Shown piece by piece: positions 58,756-64,000 of a DNA stretch of 64,000 bases. The translations under genes and the position numbers were made by a program. Below the pieces are notes generated by a model. It was given only the letters and a program-made list of their open reading frames with translations, was not told the origin of the DNA and searched no databases. How positions within the stretch are numbered: the stretch's first letter is position 1; every line of letters starts with the position of its first letter. The stretch comes from Candidatus Hydrothermarchaeota archaeon (GTDB lineage Archaea > CAYFZR01), in NCBI GenBank assembly GCA_046760505.1, contig JBHIEG010000007.1, forward strand, positions 17,577-81,576, read 5' to 3'.

Positions 58756-60790
58756 CCATGTTCTCATTCACAAATCCAACGTACGAAGAGTGTTTCGATA
58801 AAGAGTGGATTGTAACAAATGGCTTGGGAGGATATGCGTCTTCTTCCATCACTGGGGCCAATACACGAAAATATCATGGTTTGCTAATTGTGTCTTTAAA
58901 TCCTCCCGCAGATAGGTGGCTCTTGTTATCTAAACTTGAAGAAAGCATCATTTATGGAGGAAAGGTCTATGAAATTTCCACAAATAGGTATCCGGATGTA
59001 ATACATCCTGAGGGATATAAATTTTTAAGTCAGTTTGTACTGGATCCCTTTCCGAGGTTTATTTACAGAATAGAGGATGTATTCATAGAGAAAAAGGTAT
59101 TCATGATTCATGGAGAAAATGCGAGCGTAATCTCCTATGATGTGGATCCTAAGGACCTTTCAAATGAATTGAAAATCTGTGTAAGGCCCCTTGTAAATTC
59201 AAGAAAACATCATGAAAACACGCATCTTCCTCTAGACTGGGAATTTTTAGAAGATGAGAGTAAAAAAAAACACAACTTAAAGCTTCTTTCGAAAATGCTC
59301 CCTCTTTCATAATAGGTTCTGATCTTGCAGAATACCTTAAGGGAGGTAATTGGTATAGAAACATGGTATATGATATCGAGAGTCAGAGAGGCATGGATGA
59401 CAGAGAAGATCATTACAATCCAGGAATATTTTGGATAAAAATCGACAAAAAAACTAAATTCAATATTCTTGCATGCGGTGGATCTCATGCAAAAAAAACA
59501 TTTGACAGATACTACACGGAAGATCCAACAAAATTTGATTTGATTTATCAGAAACAACTGGATAGATTGAGAGAATTGAACAAAAAAATGTCATTCTTGT
59601 GTGATGTAAAAGAAGAACCTTCAAATAAGATCATAAAGGCTCTTGTACATGCTTCCGACTCTTTTATTGTTGAAAGAAAGTCTGCATCCTCAAAGACGAT
59701 AATAGCTGGCTATCACTGGTTCACTGACTGGGGAAGAGATGCATTGGTCGCATTACCGGGTTTAACTTTAGTTACGAGAAGATTTGATTGCGCTAGGGAC
59801 ATACTCTCGACTTTGTCTCTCTATTGTAAAGATGGGCTCATACCCAATTATTTTTCAGATGATGGTAAACCAATATACAACTCTGCAGACGCTTCGCTAT
59901 GGTTTTTTTATGCTGTATACAAGTATTTAGAATACACAAACGATTTTGATTGGGTTGGGAAAAAATTATTTCAAACAATGAAGGATATAATATTCAATTA
60001 CACCAAAGGAACTCATTTCAATATCTCTATGGATGAGGATGGATTAATTAATGCGGGAGATAAAAATATCCAGCTAACATGGATGGATGCTAAAATTGGA
60101 GATTTTATCGTTACGCCTAGACATGGAAAAGCAGTAGAAATAAATGCCTTGTGGTATAATGCATTGAAAACTATGGAATTGGTCTGTAAAGAATTAAGAG
60201 AGGACAATACATTCTACAGAGAGAAACATAGGCTTGTAAGGAATAGTTTTAACGAAAAATTCTGGAACGAGGAAAAAGGATGTTTGTACGATGTTATTAG
60301 AGAAAGCTATGTTGATTTTTCAATAAGACCAAATCAAATATTCGCGATTAGTCTTCCATTCACGCTCTTAGATAAAGAAAGGGAAAAAAGCGTTATAATA
60401 ACTGTGATGAAAGAATTACTGACTCCGTATGGATTGAGAACCCTTTCTCCATCAGACAAAAATTACAAGGGAACTTGTACAGGAAATCAGTTGGAGAGAG
60501 ATACTGCCTATCATCAGGGAACAGTTTGGAATTGGCTTTTAGGACATTTCATAACCGCCTTTGTCAAGGTAAACAATTACTCAGAAGAGAGCAGGGAGTA
60601 TGCCAAAAAATTTTTCTTCAATCCTTTGGCTGACCATCTAAAAGATGCCGGGATTGGAACCGTATCTGAGATATTTGATGGAGATTTTCCAAATAAACCA
60701 AGAGGATGCATATCACAGGCTTGGAGTGTTGGAGAGATGCTGCGCTCATTTATGGAGGACATCATGGGTGTTAAACCGAGATATGGGTAG
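58752..60790 (+). pseudogene. amylo-alpha-1,6-glucosidase (archaeal glycogen debranching enzyme) split by a frameshift at an A9 tract
   Basis: N-part EWIVTNGLGGYASS...TRKYHGLL; C-part AGYHWFTDWGRD, TWMDAK, VEINALWYN, RPNQ, YHQGTVW, EIFDG, QAWS; the frames join by -1 shift at 59262-59270; may be an intact or recoded gene. Confidence 0.8.
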
Positions 60791-60796
60791 AACAAT

Positions 60797-60985
60797 CTAG
60801 AACTTTTCCAATATAATCTCGTGTTTCTCAAGATCTATTTTAGCGATTTTGGCCTCGACACTTTTTTTCTCTCCCAGTATTCCTGAAATTTCTACCCTAT
60901 CTCCTTTTATTTCTAGTTTTAGGGCCTCATCCATGATAATTTCTGTCTTATCACCTTTTTTTAAAATTACTTTTGATTCACACAC
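60797..60985 (-). CDS. cooT: CooT-family nickel-binding protein
   Basis: (M)CESKV N-terminal Cys2, IMDE, GILGE, IDLEKHEIIL; GTG start at 60985. Confidence 0.78.
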   Translation of the reverse strand: MCESKVILKKGDKTEIIMDEALKLEIKGDRVEISGILGEKKSVEAKIAKIDLEKHEIILEKF

Positions 60986-61054
60986 AGGATTCACCAAAAG
61001 AATTAATAAATTAAGAGATATATAAATATAGTTCGAATTTACATATTTTTATCA

Positions 61055-61456
61055 TCACTCGTTCTCTAGGGCTACCTTTATCTTGTTTGCAACTCTTTTT
61101 CCCTTATCTGTAAGGAAGACATAGGTTTTGTAGGGATATCTCTCTTTTTCCTGCTCAACCTCGATGTACCCGTTTTCTAAAAGCGGGATTATCACATACT
61201 TGTTGAAATCCCTGCACTGGACTATTTCGCGTAATCTCGGGCGTTCGAGTTTTCCTTCATTTTCGATTAATGCTAAAAGGGCCAGGGCAGTATATTTACT
61301 TCTGAATATTTTGTTGTATATTTTCTCATATTTTTTGTATAAAGATGACATGAGTATTTTGGTATTCACAACATTTATCACTTTTTCGCCGTTTAATGAG
61401 GGATTTAAACCGAAATAAAGGTAATTACCTAAAACAAGGAAGTATAAGCAACTCAT
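61055..61456 (-). CDS. winged-helix DNA-binding protein
   Basis: LLENGYIEV...YVFLTDKGKRVA wing motif; real start probably ~61351. Confidence 0.62.
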   Translation of the reverse strand: MSCLYFLVLGNYLYFGLNPSLNGEKVINVVNTKILMSSLYKKYEKIYNKIFRSKYTALALLALIENEGKLERPRLREIVQCRDFNKYVIIPLLENGYIEVEQEKERYPYKTYVFLTDKGKRVANKIKVALENE

Positions 61457-61493
61457 ATGCGTTACTTAGAATGATTTAGTTAAAAATTCCAAT

Positions 61494-61823
61494 TCATTCC
61501 TCAAATTTTTTCAAAATTTCCTCCTTCATTGAAATGTATTCTTCTTTGGTTATTTCTCCTCTTGCAAACCTTTTATTCAGTATATCAATCGCATCTTCCT
61601 TTGGCTCTTCTTTAAAAGAAAGAACCAGATAAATAAATATAACCAATAAAATTAGCCAGATTATCCACCCAAAACCAAATCCATGCCCGTACATCATACC
61701 GTGCATCATTCCTCCCCAGTATCTGCAGCCAAAAAAAGCTGATCCTCGCTCATATCCAACTGTTAGCAGTAACAATAAAATCAAAACTCCGAAGACTATG
61801 TAGGCCATATATTGTTTTTTCAT
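61494..61823 (-). CDS. SHOCT-domain membrane protein, Met/His/Gly-rich
   Basis: GGMMHGMMYGHG, TM helix, AIDILNKRFARGEITKEEY. Confidence 0.82.
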   Translation of the reverse strand: MKKQYMAYIVFGVLILLLLLTVGYERGSAFFGCRYWGGMMHGMMYGHGFGFGWIIWLILLVIFIYLVLSFKEEPKEDAIDILNKRFARGEITKEEYISMKEEILKKFEE

Positions 61824-61907
61824 CTTATTCCCCTAATATCACATCTTTTTTAATATTAAGGTTTGACGACATAGATAAGTTTAGAGTAAAAAGGAGATAA
61901 ACTCCTT

Positions 61908-62144
61908 TCATTCAAGTAACTCTCGTTTTTTCTCCTCAAACTCCTCTCTGTCAATCTCTCCGCGTGCGTATCTTTTCTTAAGGATTTCAAGTGATTCTTC
62001 CTTTCTTTTAACCCCGCCAAGTTGACCTTCGCTGATTATCCATCTAACTAGAATCACGATCAGTGCGAGGATTAAACCCCAGAAGAGGATCATGGAGATC
62101 AGACCGAATCCGGACATTCCAAATCCATTCATTCCGTACATCAT
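61908..62144 (-). CDS. SHOCT-domain membrane protein
   Basis: MMYGMNGFGM, TM helix, LEILKKRYARGEIDREEFEEKK; GAGGTGA RBS. Confidence 0.85.
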   Translation of the reverse strand: MMYGMNGFGMSGFGLISMILFWGLILALIVILVRWIISEGQLGGVKRKEESLEILKKRYARGEIDREEFEEKKRELLE

Positions 62145-62342
62145 TTTTTGGTCACCTCAGATAAGTATATGGGGAGAACATCTATAAAGTTTGCATTTAA
62201 GACTGTTCTCAATCGAATAATTCTTTACTGTTGAAATCATAAGAAATGCTCCAGAACAGTTCAGTTTGATTATTAAATCTGGTGTTTATCTTATTCAGAA
62301 GACTTCACGGGTTCCAAAAAAAAGGTAAGAAAAACGATATTT

Positions 62343-63113
62343 CTACCCGTTCAATTCATTGATAACCGGACCGTGCCAGTTCTCTATCCAAAGTGCTCCG
62401 GTGTATCCGTTAACGTTTATCTGAGCAACAATACTTTTGTTTTTATCCTTCGCATGAAATTCATAGAATCCATAGTATACTTCCGCATTGTCTAAATTCC
62501 AGTCGAGATTGTTTCTATTTATGAATTCTTGAACGATTTCCCTGGCTTTTTCTTCGGTTATGCTCATTGGAACCAAATAATCGGTGGAGAAGTGCCCGTA
62601 CTTTGTGTTCCACATCATATTCGGTCCCATTTCTGGAGAGATTGCTCCGGTGTATTTATCTACAACGATTTCAAAGGCGTGTTTTCCCGTATCTTTCTCC
62701 TCAAATTCTGCCTCAAAGTGAGTCTGGAATTCATATACTTCGTCAAGTTTTAGATTGTTGTACTCTTCTACATAGTCTTCCGCGATCTTCTTAGCCTCTT
62801 CGATTGTTATAGGCTCTGCTTCTTTTATTATACCCCTGTTTATTCCATCGTACCACCCAGCCATCATGGGACAGTGATATCCGTCAAATCCATAACCCAT
62901 CATTCCATGAGGGTATCTCAAGCCATAGCCTTGAACTTGCTCTTTATATGGGCTTTGGGCATTACTATACCAGTTATGCATCATACCCCGGAAGGTATCC
63001 ACCACTCCGTGGAAACCCATCATGCCTCCGCCAAAGCCCATTCCATGCGCGAGGGCCGTTCCGGTCAGTAGGGCAACGACTAGCGTTCCAATTAAAATGG
63101 TTTTCTTTCCCAT
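62343..63113 (-). CDS. secreted Met/His/Gly-rich protein with two PepSY-like domains
   Basis: Signal peptide ending ALA-HGMG; GMM repeats; VDKYTG and VNGYTG PepSY turns; PEMGPNMMWNTKYGH; WHG. Confidence 0.75.
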   Translation of the reverse strand: MGKKTILIGTLVVALLTGTALAHGMGFGGGMMGFHGVVDTFRGMMHNWYSNAQSPYKEQVQGYGLRYPHGMMGYGFDGYHCPMMAGWYDGINRGIIKEAEPITIEEAKKIAEDYVEEYNNLKLDEVYEFQTHFEAEFEEKDTGKHAFEIVVDKYTGAISPEMGPNMMWNTKYGHFSTDYLVPMSITEEKAREIVQEFINRNNLDWNLDNAEVYYGFYEFHAKDKNKSIVAQINVNGYTGALWIENWHGPVINELNG

Positions 63114-63210
63114 TAAATCACCTCAACTCTTAAAAAACCTGAAGGGAGATGAAAATTGCAGGGAAGATCGTTTTTAATTGAAGCCCGCTAAGGTTTTAAA
63201 ATAGTTTGCA

Positions 63211-63230
63211 ACCGTCCAAAACTGTCCAAA
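63211..63230. promoter_or_regulatory. direct repeat ACYGTCCAAA x2 upstream of the TATA box of the PepSY gene
   Basis: ACCGTCCAAA ACTGTCCAAA, 10-bp period, ~10 nt upstream (minus sense) of the TTTTAAA box at ~63194-63200. Confidence 0.42.
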
Positions 63231-63240
63231 ATTAGAAATA

Positions 63241-63723
63241 TCATTCTTTTTTCAGCCAATCGCCTATGTAAACCTTATAGGTTTTTCCAACCCTTTCTCT
63301 GGATACTATGCCTTTTTTCTCTAAATTAATAATGATGGCACTAACCTTAGACTTAGAAAAACCGGTTCTGAATCTTAGGGAATCTTGAGTTATACCTTCT
63401 GAATTTCTTATGATATCCAGCAAAAGAATCTCATCATCGTTTAAAGCTCTTTCAAGGATAGAGAGGCTCTCATCCCTTTTGGTCTCCCTTACTTCTGGTT
63501 TTGCCCAAATAAAAAAAACTGCACCTATAATCAAACTCACCACGAAAGAAAGGGTCATTTTGTACTGTACGAACATCGCACTCTCTTCTAAACCATACAG
63601 AATGGATATCAGTGAGTTTAGACCGAAATAAACGATAAATATTAACAAAACAGAAGCCAGTAATCTTTCATTCTCTGTAGCAGGTCTTTTGAGTTTCATA
63701 ATCAATTTCTTTAGTCCATTCAA
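63241..63723 (-). CDS. membrane-anchored winged-helix regulator (2 TM + wHTH)
   Basis: Two TM helices, then LNDDE..LLDII...GITQDSLR.RTGFSKSKVS.II..LEKKGIV.RERVGKT. Confidence 0.8.
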   Translation of the reverse strand: MNGLKKLIMKLKRPATENERLLASVLLIFIVYFGLNSLISILYGLEESAMFVQYKMTLSFVVSLIIGAVFFIWAKPEVRETKRDESLSILERALNDDEILLLDIIRNSEGITQDSLRFRTGFSKSKVSAIIINLEKKGIVSRERVGKTYKVYIGDWLKKE

Positions 63724-63765
63724 TAAAAACTTATACTACTTAAAGGGTGCCTCATCTAGGATTCT

Positions 63766-64000
63766 CTATTTGGAGAGTCTTTTCCATAATCTGACGAATT
63801 TATCGCTGTAGTCTTCCTTTTCAACTTTGACAAATAATCTGCCACCCGAAAAGGTCAGGGAAACACGACCAACGTTAGATTTATAGTATTTCTCCTCGTT
63901 TCCAGATATGTTTATGATGGTCTTTACGTGTTTTATCAATTCTGCATCCTCTAATGACTTTATTTTTCTATAAACAGTTGCTATGGGTATATCTAGTTCT
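63766..64000 (-). CDS. archaeal ArsR-like wHTH protein (5' end outside window)
   Basis: Manual translation ..ELDIPIATVYRKIKSLEDAELIKHV...GNEEKYYKS...FVRLWKRLSK*. Confidence 0.75.
   Translation of the reverse strand, partial: ELDIPIATVYRKIKSLEDAELIKHVKTIINISGNEEKYYKSNVGRVSLTFSGGRLFVKVEKEDYSDKFVRLWKRLSK

Noticed and set aside
1-64000. tRNA, rRNA, CRISPR arrays, transposases, integrases
   Set aside because: No cloverleaf or T-loop signature, repeat-spacer array or mobile-element protein was seen on manual reading; a tRNAscan/Infernal run would confirm

Overview
Gene-dense, AT-rich window from an anaerobic archaeon. The evidence is an archaeal-type MAT, TfrAB, HdrA-MvhD, BRE/TATA promoters and GGAGGTGA-type RBSs; the lineage cannot be fixed from sequence alone. 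In order it holds: (i) a nucleotide-sugar operon (two nucleotidyltransferases, UDP-glucose dehydrogenase, UDP-glucuronate decarboxylase); (ii) a triply frameshifted pycB/oadA; (iii) a ~23 kb C3/C4 acid supercluster (GlcD/Dld + HdrD-like partner, LarA, divergent 3-gene IOR-type oxidoreductase, biotin carboxylase/carboxyltransferase/BCCP, SucCD, methylmalonyl-CoA mutase with MeaB/CobO/epimerase, fumarase, thiol:fumarate reductase, degenerate AOR); (iv) further Hdr-like modules (NarI-HdrD pair; HdrA-MvhD fusion + tandem HdrD); (v) a ChlI/ChlD-like AAA+/vWA pair and an Fe-S/HCO-homology module that share a palindromic operator (CGAACATGTTCG); (vi) mat, a candidate anti-Shine-Dalgarno small RNA, panE, a cyclase, an A9-frameshifted glycogen debranching enzyme and a Met/His-rich metal-response module. 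No rRNA, tRNA, CRISPR array or mobile element was seen. Three small genes and two edge-truncated genes missing from the ORF track were recovered by manual reading. All family assignments come from motif recognition, not database searches.
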